Source: Vicinamibacterales bacterium
GTDB taxonomy: Bacteria; Acidobacteriota; Vicinamibacteria; Vicinamibacterales; CAVVIG01
Direction of reading: 5' to 3'
DNA length: 64,000 bases
Assembly: GCA_035537875.1 (NCBI GenBank)
Contig: DATLLJ010000043.1
Coordinates: 28,161-92,160, forward strand
Shown here: piece after piece, positions 35,382 to 44,618 of the stretch
Position numbering within the stretch: position 1 is the first letter of the stretch
Layout of the letters: every line of letters starts with the position of its first letter
Made by a program: the position numbers and the translations under genes
The notes under the pieces: generated by a model
Told to the model about the DNA's origin: nothing
Databases searched by the model: none
What the model saw: only the letters and a program-made list of their open reading frames with translations

Positions 35382-37172
35382 GTGAATGAAGTGAACCTTG
35401 TTCCCTCGCTTCTCCAGGCGATTATCCGGATCGATGGCGAAGTGCTCGTCATGCACCCCGGGGACAAGCCGTATGTGGTGGCGCCGTCCGGACAGGTGGA
35501 GCTCGCCAGCCGTGGCTTGACGCTCGACGCCGTCACCGGCATTGTCGCGCAGCTTCTACCGTCAGAGGTGCAGGACGCACTCGACCACGTAGGGGCCGTG
35601 CAATACACGATGCCTTCGTCGCCGGAATTTCCTCACGACCGGTTCACGGTGGTCGTCGCCCGCGGGACCTCCGACATCTGGGCCGAGATCCGGCGCAGAC
35701 GTCCCGGTCACCTCGAGCGAAGCGAGACGGTCGTTGCTGACGCGCCTCCACCGCCGGTGATGCCGACCGCGTCGGCTCGCGATCAGGAAGCGGGGTTGTC
35801 CGAGACCGACATACCGTCGTCGGTCGCAGCCGAACGTCTCGCAACCGTTCCCCCGCTCGAGCCTGAACCGGACAAAGGTGACGCTCAATCGATCGCCGGC
35901 GACGAGCTGGAGCCGGAGGAAGCGCCTGAGCCGATCGAAGCGTCAGGGGCGGCGCCGACTGCCGAGTCTCTCACCGAGCCTTCGCCGCGAAACGCTCCGT
36001 CGGCTTCGGCCGTGGTGCTACCGATGTCCCGCAACCCAATTCGCGCCGAGCCTTCACCCGCCCCGGCTTCCGACGCCTTGTCAGGCCTTGAACGCCTCTT
36101 ACGGACGGCCGCAGCGCGGGGCGCGTCGACTCTTTATCTCTCATCAGACGCTCGACCCTCAGTGCGCGTCGACGGTCAGCTCCAGGGCCTGGACGGCGAG
36201 CCGGTGCACACCTCGAGCGATGTCATCTCGCTGCTGCTCACCCTGATGCCCGAACGCAGTCATGAATCGCTGCGTACGGGAGCGACGACCGAGTGGATCT
36301 GCGACATCGAGGACGTCGGTCGCGTGCGTTGCATGAGTTTCAGCGACCATCGCGGCCCGGGTGGCGTGTTCAGGCTCATGCCGAACCGGATTGTTTCCGT
36401 CGAGCAGCTCGGACTGCCGCGGGACGTGCAGTCGCTGGCGATCGAGCCCGAAGGCCTGGTGCTCATCGTCGGACCTCGTTCGAGCGGCAAACGCACCCTC
36501 ATTTCAGCGCTCGTCGACCTGATCAACCGGCTGAGGCGCGACCACGTCATCACCGTCGAGCGCGAAGTCAACATCGTCCACGAACGCGGAAGCTCGTTCG
36601 TCAGCCAGCGTGAGGTTCGAGGCGGCGACGACGAAGTGCTGGCGGCTGCGCGTGCGGCGCTGCGCGAAGACCCCGACGTGCTCGTGCTGGGGCAGATTCG
36701 AACCGGACCGCTGATGAACCTGGCGCTCGAGGCCGCCGCCTCGGGGCATCTGATCATCGGCGGGTTCTGGGCGCACAACGCCGCCGAATCGATCGATCGC
36801 ATTCTCGATTTGTACGGCCCGGAGTCTGCTCGACAGGTCCAGCTGGCGCTGGCCGACACCCTGCGTGGCGTCGTCGCCCAAGTACTGCTGCCGAAGGTCG
36901 GGGGGGGGCGTATCGCGGCGCGAGAGGTTCTGCTGAACACGGCCGCGGTCGCCAGCGTCATCGCCGAAGGCAAAACGTCGCAGCTGCCGATGGCGATAGA
37001 AGGAGGGCGCCGATCAGGAATGGTCCCTCTCATCGACGCGCTCGCCGCTTACGTCGAGAATGGCGTGGTGGACATCCGCGAGGCGTACAGGCACGTTGCC
37101 GATCGACCGGCGTTTGTGGCGACTCTCAAGCGTCACGGCGTCGACACCTCAGCGGTCGAACGTCTCGCCTGA
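35382..37172 (+). CDS. PilT/PilU-like type IV pilus retraction ATPase homolog with extra N-terminal domain and degenerate catalytic boxes
   Basis: Collinear with PilT: RGASTLYLSSDARPSVRVDG, GPRSSGKRT (Walker A), ALREDPDVLVLGQIRT (Walker B region), LNTAAVASVIAEGK. GTG start. Confidence 0.8.
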   Translation: MNEVNLVPSLLQAIIRIDGEVLVMHPGDKPYVVAPSGQVELASRGLTLDAVTGIVAQLLPSEVQDALDHVGAVQYTMPSSPEFPHDRFTVVVARGTSDIWAEIRRRRPGHLERSETVVADAPPPPVMPTASARDQEAGLSETDIPSSVAAERLATVPPLEPEPDKGDAQSIAGDELEPEEAPEPIEASGAAPTAESLTEPSPRNAPSASAVVLPMSRNPIRAEPSPAPASDALSGLERLLRTAAARGASTLYLSSDARPSVRVDGQLQGLDGEPVHTSSDVISLLLTLMPERSHESLRTGATTEWICDIEDVGRVRCMSFSDHRGPGGVFRLMPNRIVSVEQLGLPRDVQSLAIEPEGLVLIVGPRSSGKRTLISALVDLINRLRRDHVITVEREVNIVHERGSSFVSQREVRGGDDEVLAAARAALREDPDVLVLGQIRTGPLMNLALEAAASGHLIIGGFWAHNAAESIDRILDLYGPESARQVQLALADTLRGVVAQVLLPKVGGGRIAAREVLLNTAAVASVIAEGKTSQLPMAIEGGRRSGMVPLIDALAAYVENGVVDIREAYRHVADRPAFVATLKRHGVDTSAVERLA

Positions 37173-37199
37173 GAGCCACGCCTCTTGTGGTGCTCCCTG

Positions 37200-37619
37200 T
37201 CACCGTTCAACCAACGGCTCCAGCCCCTTCAGGACGAAGGACAGGACTTCTTCTTCCCCGAGCTCGGCCGGGCTCCCCAACGATGCCTCAGACTCGACAA
37301 TCCGTCGCCCCCGAATTCGACTGACGTGCCCGCTGACGACAGGCCTGTCGCCACCGGTATCGAGCGTCAACTCGACGTAGTCTTCGGCGGCTCGATCGGA
37401 CATCAACCGGACGCTTCCAGCCGGCGTGAACACCGAGAAGGCGAACCCCTCCGCGCGCAGAACGTTGGCCACCTGTTTGAAGATCGGGATCGCCCGCTGA
37501 TCGAGGAACACTCCATATTCGCGCGCGGCGTCGGCGGCACGAGACCGCCGGTCGCCCGCCTCGCGTCTGGCGCGGTCGATTGTCTCGACGACCTGTCGCT
37601 TGATGTCGGCAATTTCCAT
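37200..37619 (-). CDS. hypothetical protein
   Basis: 139-aa ORF. No family recognised; amino-acid composition is balanced and protein-like. Confidence 0.4.
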   Translation of the reverse strand: MEIADIKRQVVETIDRARREAGDRRSRAADAAREYGVFLDQRAIPIFKQVANVLRAEGFAFSVFTPAGSVRLMSDRAAEDYVELTLDTGGDRPVVSGHVSRIRGRRIVESEASLGSPAELGEEEVLSFVLKGLEPLVER

Positions 37620-37710
37620 CGGACCCTCGGGAGTGACGCCTTGAAAGGCTGATTATGGTTCGGACGCCGGTCCTGCGTGTTGAGGGTGCGGCGAGGCTAT
37701 ACTGGGCATT

Positions 37711-38502
37711 TTGACGCTGGGCACACTTCCAGACCTCTCACGGATTCCTGCTGGCGAGTTCCTGATGGGCGCCGCCGACGCCGCCGCTGACGAGCGTCCG
37801 GTTCACCGTGTGTACGTCAGCGAGTTCTTCATCGGACGGTTCGCCGTGACCAACGACGAATACGCCCGATTCATCAAGGCCACGGGACACCCCCCGCCTT
37901 CTGTGAGCCGCCTGCCCCTTATTGCTGGAGGAGGCCGCGACGTCATGTTCAGAGAGCTCGCGAGGCCGTACCTGTGGGACGATGGGGAGCCACCTGTCGG
38001 ACGCGGCAGCCATCCGGTTGTGCTCGTGAGTTTCGAAGACGCCGAGGCGTATTGCCAATGGCTGTCGGATGGGCTCGAGCGAGCGGTGCGGCTTCCGACC
38101 GAAGCCGAATGGGAAAAGGCGGCGCGTGGAGGGCTGGAGGGTCGCCGTTACCCGTGGGGCGACGAAATCGACAGCTCGCGCGGCAACTTCCTCGACAATC
38201 CTGCGGTCAAGCACAAGCGGGGAACCCGGCCGACCGGCACGTATCCGGCGAACGGTTACGGGTTGTGCGACATGGCCGGAAACGTATGGGAATGGGTCGG
38301 CGACTGGTACGCGGCTGATTACTATGGCGGCGGCGATATGAAGGATCCACGTGGTCCTGCACACAGCGCCATGAGAATAGTCCGCGGCGGATCCTGGGTG
38401 AGCGAAGACGCGGCGATGTTGCGCTGCGCCTGCCGGCATACCGTGCCGCCCGACACCTACGCCTACAGTATCGGATTTCGCATCGCATGCCCGGCGTCGT
38501 GA
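37711..38502 (+). CDS. formylglycine-generating enzyme (SUMF1/FGE-sulfatase) family protein
   Basis: PAGEFLMG...HRVYVSEFFIGRFAVTNDEY...LPTEAEWEKAARGG...NVWEWV...RGGSW...GFRIA. Confidence 0.8.
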   Translation: MTLGTLPDLSRIPAGEFLMGAADAAADERPVHRVYVSEFFIGRFAVTNDEYARFIKATGHPPPSVSRLPLIAGGGRDVMFRELARPYLWDDGEPPVGRGSHPVVLVSFEDAEAYCQWLSDGLERAVRLPTEAEWEKAARGGLEGRRYPWGDEIDSSRGNFLDNPAVKHKRGTRPTGTYPANGYGLCDMAGNVWEWVGDWYAADYYGGGDMKDPRGPAHSAMRIVRGGSWVSEDAAMLRCACRHTVPPDTYAYSIGFRIACPAS

Positions 38503-39146
38503 AGTCAAAATCGTCTCAGCTGAAGGGGCTCGATCCAGAAGGGTACGAGAGAGCGCGGCGCCTGCTCTTGCGTCGTGACCCCGTGCTCGGTGCGGTCATC
38601 CGCCGCCTGGGTCCGTGTGGAATGGCGGCTCGTCAGCGCGACGATCACCTCTCTGCTCTCGTGGGCGCCATCGTCAGCCAGCAGCTGTCGACGAAAGCTG
38701 CGGCCACAATCTTCGGACGTTTTCTCGCCCTCTTCCCGGACGGGCAGAAGCCGGACGTCTCCGCGATTGCGGCCTTGGAAGATACGGCGCTGCGGGGTGT
38801 TGGCCTGAGCGGGCAGAAGATCGGATATCTGAGAGATCTCTGCGCGCGGATCGCAGATGGCCGCCTGGCGCTCGCCGAGCTGGACACCTTGCCTGATGAG
38901 GTCGTCATCGAACGCCTGACGGCCGTCAAAGGGTTTGGGCGCTGGACAGCCGAAATGTTCCTGATGTTTCGCCTGCATCGACCGGACGTGCTGCCGGTCG
39001 GTGACTTGGGAATCGTCAAGGCCGTGTGCAAGACGTACGGCTTGCGCAAGCCACCCGACGCAAAACGGCTCATGCGGATTGGCGAAGCCTGGCGACCGTA
39101 TCGCTCGGTCGCGTGCTGGTATCTCTGGCAGTCGCTCAAGCTTTGA
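38487..39146 (+). CDS. DNA-3-methyladenine glycosylase II (AlkA-like, HhH-GPD)
   Basis: IVSQQLSTKAAATIFGRF, HhH GVGLSGQKIGYLRDL, GFGRWTAEMFLMF, VLPVGDLG. Confidence 0.75.
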   Translation: MPGVVKSKSSQLKGLDPEGYERARRLLLRRDPVLGAVIRRLGPCGMAARQRDDHLSALVGAIVSQQLSTKAAATIFGRFLALFPDGQKPDVSAIAALEDTALRGVGLSGQKIGYLRDLCARIADGRLALAELDTLPDEVVIERLTAVKGFGRWTAEMFLMFRLHRPDVLPVGDLGIVKAVCKTYGLRKPPDAKRLMRIGEAWRPYRSVACWYLWQSLKL

Positions 39147-39771
39147 GCCACAGCAGCGCGAACCCGCCGCCGATCGCGAGCAGCGTCCCACGTTCGCTGT
39201 ACAGCGTCTCGCGCCACGAATACTTCGGTCGCGACACGGGGGGTGCGCGACGCGCGATCGAGACGTCCGCCCGCCGCAATCGATCTCCGTGGCGCAGTCG
39301 TGGGATCCATCGTGGCACCCGCGCCAGGTACTTTCGGTACGGCTCGCCGAGGCGTTCGGTCAGCAGCTGTTCTTCCCATCGGACGATCGCGTGGTACTCG
39401 AATGCGAGGATCAGGACAAAGAGCGGCGCGAGCCACGGCAGTCGCGCGGCCAGGGCGAAGCCGGTCCAGAGCGCGATATTGCCGACGTACAGAGGATTTC
39501 TCACGAACGCGAACGGTCCTGAGGCGACGAGCGGACCGAGCCGATCGCTGCGGGTGCGCGAGACCATGCCGATGTGACGGACTCCCCACAGTCGCAGACC
39601 CTCACCCGCGACCACGAGGGCGGCGCCGAGGAACGTGAGTACAGCAGGTCCGCGCTCGAAGGTCGCGGGTATGAGCAGGATAGACAGAGCCATTGGGAGC
39701 GGAACGAGCGTGCGGTGGCGAAACAGCCACCAGCCGATTCCTCCGGTCTTTGCTGCAAGTGACTGTGGCAA
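39136..39771 (-). CDS. isoprenylcysteine carboxyl methyltransferase (ICMT)/phospholipid methyltransferase family membrane protein
   Basis: Polytopic, with GPFAFVRNPLYVGN and EEQLL motifs. Confidence 0.65.
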   Translation of the reverse strand: MPQSLAAKTGGIGWWLFRHRTLVPLPMALSILLIPATFERGPAVLTFLGAALVVAGEGLRLWGVRHIGMVSRTRSDRLGPLVASGPFAFVRNPLYVGNIALWTGFALAARLPWLAPLFVLILAFEYHAIVRWEEQLLTERLGEPYRKYLARVPRWIPRLRHGDRLRRADVSIARRAPPVSRPKYSWRETLYSERGTLLAIGGGFALLWLKA

Positions 39772-39866
39772 CTTATGTTAGGGAGGAGACCGACCCCACC
39801 AGCGCGGGTCTGTTCGACGGAAACGGCCAGGCTCGCGGCTGGTCGGGTTGGCGAGTATAGCCTGAT

Positions 39867-39894
39867 TTGACAGCCTTGCTTCGGTTGGTATAAT
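39867..39894 (+). promoter_or_regulatory. consensus sigma-70-type promoter upstream of cysM
   Basis: Exact TTGACA (39867-39872), a 16-nt spacer, then exact TATAAT (39889-39894). This lies about 30 nt upstream of the cysM start cluster GTGATGATG (39923). Confidence 0.55.
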
Positions 39895-39922
39895 TCGGAC
39901 TACTTCGGTCGTATATAGAGCC

Positions 39923-40900
39923 GTGATGATGTCATCATCAACGTCCCAGGGGTCGGTGGCCGACTCTCGCACCAGCTCGTCTGTCCTCGACATGATCGGT
40001 CGGACGCCGCTCGTCCGGTTGCGGCGTTTCGAACGCGAGATACCGGCGGGCGTCGAGTTGTACGCGAAGGCGGAATGGCAGAATCCGGGCGGGTCGGTGA
40101 AAGACCGTGCGGCCGCCCGCATGATTCTCGAAGGCGAGTCGTCGGGCAAGTTGACCCACGATCGCACCATCCTCGATGCGACATCGGGAAACACCGGCAT
40201 CGCCTATGCGATGGTGGGGGCCGCCCGCGGCTACAAAGTGAAGCTGTGTGTGCCGGCAAACGCCAGCGCTGAACGGAAGCTGATGCTGCGTGCGCTCGGG
40301 GCCGAGCTCGTGCTCACGGACCCGCTCGAAGGAGGAACTGACGGCGCTATTCGGGAAGCGCGTCGTCTGTACGCCGAGCATCCCGATCGCTATTTCTATC
40401 CGGATCAATACAACAACGATGCGAACTGGCGTGCGCACTACGATACGACTGGTCCCGAAATCATCGAGCAGACGAGCGGCCGGCTGACTCACTTCGTGGC
40501 CGGTCTCGGGACGAGCGGGACGTTTGTCGGGACGGGCCGGCGACTGAGAAAGTTCAATCCCGCGATTCGTCTGATTTCATTTCAGCCGGATGCCGCCTTC
40601 CACGGCCTCGAAGGATTGAAGCACATGGAGTCGGCGATCGTCCCGGGGATTTACGACCCGACGCTCGCTGACGAGGACCTGAGGATCAGCACGGAGCGCG
40701 CGCACGAGATGGTCAGGCGGCTGGCGCGAGAGGAAGGGCTGCTGGCAGGGGTTTCATCGGGCGCGGCGCTGGCGGCAATGCTCGATGTCGCGTCCCGAAT
40801 CCATACGGGAGCTCCGGCGATCATCGTGACCATTTTCCCGGACGGCGCTGAGAAGTATCTGTCCGACGCGTTCTGGACGGCTGGGGACAATGGCGAATAA
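39923..40900 (+). CDS. cysM: PLP-dependent cysteine synthase (CysM type, CysO-thiocarboxylate-dependent by context)
   Basis: AEWQNPGGSVKDRAA (PLP lysine) and TSGNTGIAYA. Followed by JAMM and CysO/MoeZ genes, as in the mycobacterial mec-cysO-cysM arrangement. Confidence 0.85.
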   Translation: MMMSSSTSQGSVADSRTSSSVLDMIGRTPLVRLRRFEREIPAGVELYAKAEWQNPGGSVKDRAAARMILEGESSGKLTHDRTILDATSGNTGIAYAMVGAARGYKVKLCVPANASAERKLMLRALGAELVLTDPLEGGTDGAIREARRLYAEHPDRYFYPDQYNNDANWRAHYDTTGPEIIEQTSGRLTHFVAGLGTSGTFVGTGRRLRKFNPAIRLISFQPDAAFHGLEGLKHMESAIVPGIYDPTLADEDLRISTERAHEMVRRLAREEGLLAGVSSGAALAAMLDVASRIHTGAPAIIVTIFPDGAEKYLSDAFWTAGDNGE

Positions 40901-41354
40901 GCACCGGCTCGTCATGAGCGCAACGGTGAACGAAGCCATTCGCAGGCATGGCGAGGAGACCTACCCACATGAGTGTTGCGGTGCGCTCGTGGGGCACGCG
41001 GACCAGGTGACGATGACGGTACCGCTGCCGAATACCACTGAGGAAGGACCCCGCCGCCGATTTCTCGTGCGCCCGTCGGACTACCGTATGGCCGAAGGGC
41101 GTGCGCACGAGCTCGGCGGAGAGCTGCTGGGGTTTTATCATTCACATCCCGACCACCCCGCGCGCCCGTCGCAGTACGACTTGGACCACGCGTGGCCGAC
41201 TTTCGCGTATCCCATTGTCGCCGTGGCGGCGGGCCGCGCCGGGGAGATGACCGTCTGGTGGTTGAAAGAGGACCGGTCGAGCTTCGAAGAGGGCGAACTG
41301 CATCATGGCAACGAAGATTCTGATTCCAACACCGCTCAGGCCGTACACCGATAA
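40890..41354 (+). CDS. mec: JAMM/MPN+ metalloprotease (Mec-like)
   Basis: ECCGALVG (catalytic Glu) and HSHPDHPARPSQYD (HxHx7Sx2D). Confidence 0.8.
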   Translation: MANKHRLVMSATVNEAIRRHGEETYPHECCGALVGHADQVTMTVPLPNTTEEGPRRRFLVRPSDYRMAEGRAHELGGELLGFYHSHPDHPARPSQYDLDHAWPTFAYPIVAVAAGRAGEMTVWWLKEDRSSFEEGELHHGNEDSDSNTAQAVHR

Positions 41355-42810
41355 GAAGGACGCCGTCGAAGCCGACGGCGGCACCATCGGCGAGCTGCTC
41401 GCCGATCTCACGCGCAGACACAGCGGTCTGAAGGCGCATCTGTACAACGATCAAGGAAAGCTCCGCAGTTTCGTGAACGTGTATGTGAATGACGAGGACA
41501 TTCGGTACCTGCAGAAGGAACAGACCCCTGTCTCGTCGTCGGACACCGTCAGCATCATCCCGTCCGTCGCTGGTGGCGCAGACGCCGCCGACAAGGGCCC
41601 TCGCACCGTGTCGACTTCAGCCGTCGCCGAACAAGGGGCGCTTCCGCGCACCGGACGCGAGCTTCCGGCGCTGACGAACGACGAGATCAAACGCTACAGC
41701 CGTCACCTGATCATGCCGGAGGTCGGGATGGATGGGCAGCGGCGGTTGAAGGCGGGGAGCGTGCTGTGCGTCGGCGCGGGCGGCCTCGGTTCACCGGCGG
41801 CGATGTATCTAGCGGCGGCCGGGGTCGGCACCATCGGCGTGGTTGACTTCGATGTCGTCGACTTCAGCAATCTGCAGCGGCAGATCATCCATGGAACGTC
41901 AGACGTCGGCCGCTCGAAGCTCGCGTCGGCGAGGGACCGCATCAACGCCATCAATCCCCACGTCGACGTTCAGACCTACGAGGTGATGCTGACGTCGGAA
42001 AACGCGCTGAAGCTGTTCGAGCCGTACGACGTGATCCTCGACGGGACCGACAATTTTCCTACCCGGTACTTGACCAACGACGCCTGCGTGCTGCTTGGCA
42101 AGCCGAACGCGTACGGCAGCATCTTCAGGTTCGAGGGGCAGGCCTCGGTCTTTGCCACGAAAGAGGGCCCCTGCTATCGGTGTCTGTATCCCGAACCGCC
42201 CCCGCCCGGACTGGTGCCCAGTTGCGCCGAGGGCGGAGTGCTCGGTGTTCTGCCGGGCATCGTCGGCGTGATCCAGGCAACGGAGGCGATTAAGCTCATC
42301 ACCGGCATCGGCGAGCCGTTGATTGGCCGCTTCCTGATTTACGACGCCCTGCGCATGAAGTTCAGGGAACTGAAGCTCAGGAAGGATCCGGACTGCCCGG
42401 TGTGCGGCCTCCACCCAACGGTCACGAAGCTGATCGATTACGAGCAGTTCTGCGGAATTCACCCCCCGGCGAACGAGCCGGCAGCCACGAGCGGCACGGA
42501 AATCACCTCGGTTGAGCTGAAGCAGCGGCTCGATCGGGGAGATGACCTGTTCCTCCTCGACGTGCGCGAACCGCACGAGTATCAGATCAACCGAATCGAG
42601 GGTTCGACGTTGATTCCGCTGGGGGAAGTGCCGAGACGGTACGCCGAGCTCGACCCGGACGACCAGATGGTCGTGTATTGCAAGGTGGGCGCGCGGAGCG
42701 CCAGAGCGGCTGATTACCTGCGGACGGTCGGTTTCAAGAAGGTCTTGAACCTGAAAGGCGGCATTCTCGACTGGATCGACAAAGTTGACCCGACGCAGCC
42801 TAAATACTAA
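41305..42810 (+). CDS. CysO-like ubiquitin-fold sulfur carrier fused in-frame to MoeZ-type adenylyltransferase/sulfurtransferase (E1-like + rhodanese)
   Basis: aa 1-91, ILIPTPLRPYT...FVNVYVNDEDIRY...TVSIIPSVAGG, resemble M. tuberculosis CysO, which ends in AGG. No stop follows GGT GGC (41572-41577). After about a 35-aa spacer come YSRHLIMPEVG, GAGGLGSPAAMYLAAAGVG, DGTDNFPTRYL, PSCAEGGVLG and a C-terminal rhodanese with YCKVGARS. Confidence 0.85.
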   Translation: MATKILIPTPLRPYTDKKDAVEADGGTIGELLADLTRRHSGLKAHLYNDQGKLRSFVNVYVNDEDIRYLQKEQTPVSSSDTVSIIPSVAGGADAADKGPRTVSTSAVAEQGALPRTGRELPALTNDEIKRYSRHLIMPEVGMDGQRRLKAGSVLCVGAGGLGSPAAMYLAAAGVGTIGVVDFDVVDFSNLQRQIIHGTSDVGRSKLASARDRINAINPHVDVQTYEVMLTSENALKLFEPYDVILDGTDNFPTRYLTNDACVLLGKPNAYGSIFRFEGQASVFATKEGPCYRCLYPEPPPPGLVPSCAEGGVLGVLPGIVGVIQATEAIKLITGIGEPLIGRFLIYDALRMKFRELKLRKDPDCPVCGLHPTVTKLIDYEQFCGIHPPANEPAATSGTEITSVELKQRLDRGDDLFLLDVREPHEYQINRIEGSTLIPLGEVPRRYAELDPDDQMVVYCKVGARSARAADYLRTVGFKKVLNLKGGILDWIDKVDPTQPKY

Positions 42811-42832
42811 AATACGACTGAATGGGTCGTAG

Positions 42833-43282
42833 ATGCTAAGGCTTTCAAAAAAGGCCGATTACGCGCTGATGGCGATGAAGCACCTCGCCTTGCGGGGCGA
42901 TAGCGGATCGTCCAACGCCCGCGAAATCGCGGAGCAGTACGACATCCCCATCGAGTTGATGGCCAAGGTGCTGCAGCGACTGGCGCGCCGCGGCCTGCTG
43001 CGATCGCACCAGGGGACGCGGGGCGGTTATCAGTTGGGCCGGGGGCCGGCACAGATCTCCGTGGCCGACGTCATTCAGGCAATCGACGGACCGGTCGCCG
43101 TGACCGCCTGCGCGGCCGAGGAAAGACAGTGCGAGCAGTTTTCGAAGTGCAACGTGCGTGATCCGCTGTTCAAGGTGCGCGATCGGATTCTCGCGGTGCT
43201 GGCGGAGTGCACCATCGCCGAGCTCGCCGCCGAGCCGCCGAGTCCGGCCTCGCGGGCCGCGGTGCTCCATACACACATTTGA
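42833..43282 (+). CDS. iscR: Rrf2-family Fe-S cluster regulator
   Basis: MLRLSKKADYALMAM, a winged helix, and Cys ligand region CAAEERQCEQFSKC. Confidence 0.85.
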   Translation: MLRLSKKADYALMAMKHLALRGDSGSSNAREIAEQYDIPIELMAKVLQRLARRGLLRSHQGTRGGYQLGRGPAQISVADVIQAIDGPVAVTACAAEERQCEQFSKCNVRDPLFKVRDRILAVLAECTIAELAAEPPSPASRAAVLHTHI

Positions 43283-43303
43283 GAGGCTGGAACGAGAACC
43301 ATC

Positions 43304-44524
43304 ATGGCAGTCAAACTTCCGATCTACATGGACTATCACGCAACGACGCCGGTCGATCCGCGCGTCGTCGAGGCAATGGTCCCGTTCTTTACGACGCACT
43401 TCGGCAACGCGGCGAGCCGGAATCATCCCTTCGGCTGGGAAGCCGAAGAGGCCGTCGAAACGGCGCGCAAGCAGGTGGCGGATCTCATCGGCGCCAACGC
43501 GAAGGAAATCGTCTTCACGAGCGGCGCCACCGAATCCGACAACCTGGCGATCAAGGGCGTCGCCGAGATGTATCGGGAGAAGGGCAATCACATCATCACC
43601 TGCGTGACCGAGCACAAGGCGGTGATCGACACCTGTAAACGGCTCGAGAAGGATGGTTACCGCGTTACCTATCTGCCGGTTCAGAAGGACGGACGCATCA
43701 GTCTCGACGATCTGAAGGCCGCCATCACCGACAAGACGATCCTCATCTCGATCATGACCGCCAACAACGAGATTGGCGTCATGCAGCCCATTGCCGAGAT
43801 TGGTGCGATTGCCAAGGAGAAGGGCATCCTGTTCCACACCGATGCCGTCCAGGCCGTGGGCAAAGTGCCGTTCAATGTCAACGAATTGAAGGTGGATCTC
43901 GCGTCGATCAGCGCCCACAAGATGTACGGGCCGAAGGGCGTAGGGGCGCTGTACGTGCGACGGCGGAATCCCCGCGTGCTGCTCTCACCGATTATCGATG
44001 GCGGCGGCCACGAGCGCGGGATGCGATCGGGCACCCTCAACGTGCCGGGCATCGTCGGCTTCGGAAAGGCGGCGGAGCTCTGCAAGGCGGAAATGGTCGA
44101 GGAATCGACGCGGCTGCGGGGGCTGCGCGATTACCTGAACGACAAGCTGCACAGGAGCCTGGACGAAATCTACATCAACGGTTCGATGGAGCACCGGCTG
44201 CCCCACAACCTGAACATCAGCTTCGCGTACGTGGAGGGCGAATCGCTGCTGATGGGAATCAACGACGTTGCGGTGTCGTCTGGCTCGGCGTGCACGTCGG
44301 CCAGCCTGGAGCCGTCATACGTGCTCAAGGCGCTCGGCGCAGGCGACGATCTGGCGCATTCGTCGATCCGCTTCGGCCTCGGACGCTGGACCACCAAGGA
44401 AGAGGTCGACTACGTGTCGGACAAGTTGACGACGGTGGTGACGAGGCTCCGCGACATGTCGCCGCTCTACGAGCTGGCGAAGGAAGGTGTGGATTTGTCC
44501 ACGATGCAGTGGCAGGTGGACTAG
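43304..44524 (+). CDS. iscS: cysteine desulfurase
   Basis: [12 protein letters not shown] (PLP Lys), SSGSACTS (active Cys), RFGLGRWTT. Confidence 0.9.
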   Translation: MAVKLPIYMDYHATTPVDPRVVEAMVPFFTTHFGNAASRNHPFGWEAEEAVETARKQVADLIGANAKEIVFTSGATESDNLAIKGVAEMYREKGNHIITCVTEHKAVIDTCKRLEKDGYRVTYLPVQKDGRISLDDLKAAITDKTILISIMTANNEIGVMQPIAEIGAIAKEKGILFHTDAVQAVGKVPFNVNELKVDLASISAHKMYGPKGVGALYVRRRNPRVLLSPIIDGGGHERGMRSGTLNVPGIVGFGKAAELCKAEMVEESTRLRGLRDYLNDKLHRSLDEIYINGSMEHRLPHNLNISFAYVEGESLLMGINDVAVSSGSACTSASLEPSYVLKALGAGDDLAHSSIRFGLGRWTTKEEVDYVSDKLTTVVTRLRDMSPLYELAKEGVDLSTMQWQVD

Positions 44525-44528
44525 CGGG

Positions 44529-44611
44529 GAATTGAGTCATCGGGCATCTCGTCATCTGGTCAATTGATCGAGGGATTGAATGACCGGACGACCAAATGAC
44601 CAGATTGAAGG
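44529..44611. repeat. octamer-periodic imperfect hairpin element A (GGTCAT subtype), iscS-iscU spacer
   Basis: Left arm GAATTGAG-TCATCGGG-CATCTCG-TCATCTGG-TCAATTGATCG. Right arm GGATTGA-ATGACCGG-ACGACCAA-ATGACCAG-ATTGAAGG. Confidence 0.7.
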
Positions 44612-44618
44612 AGCAGAA

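Noticed and set aside
37620-37710. TTGAGG...TATACT as a promoter for the FGE-like gene.
   Set aside because: The spacer is only 12 nt, outside the functional 16-18 nt range.
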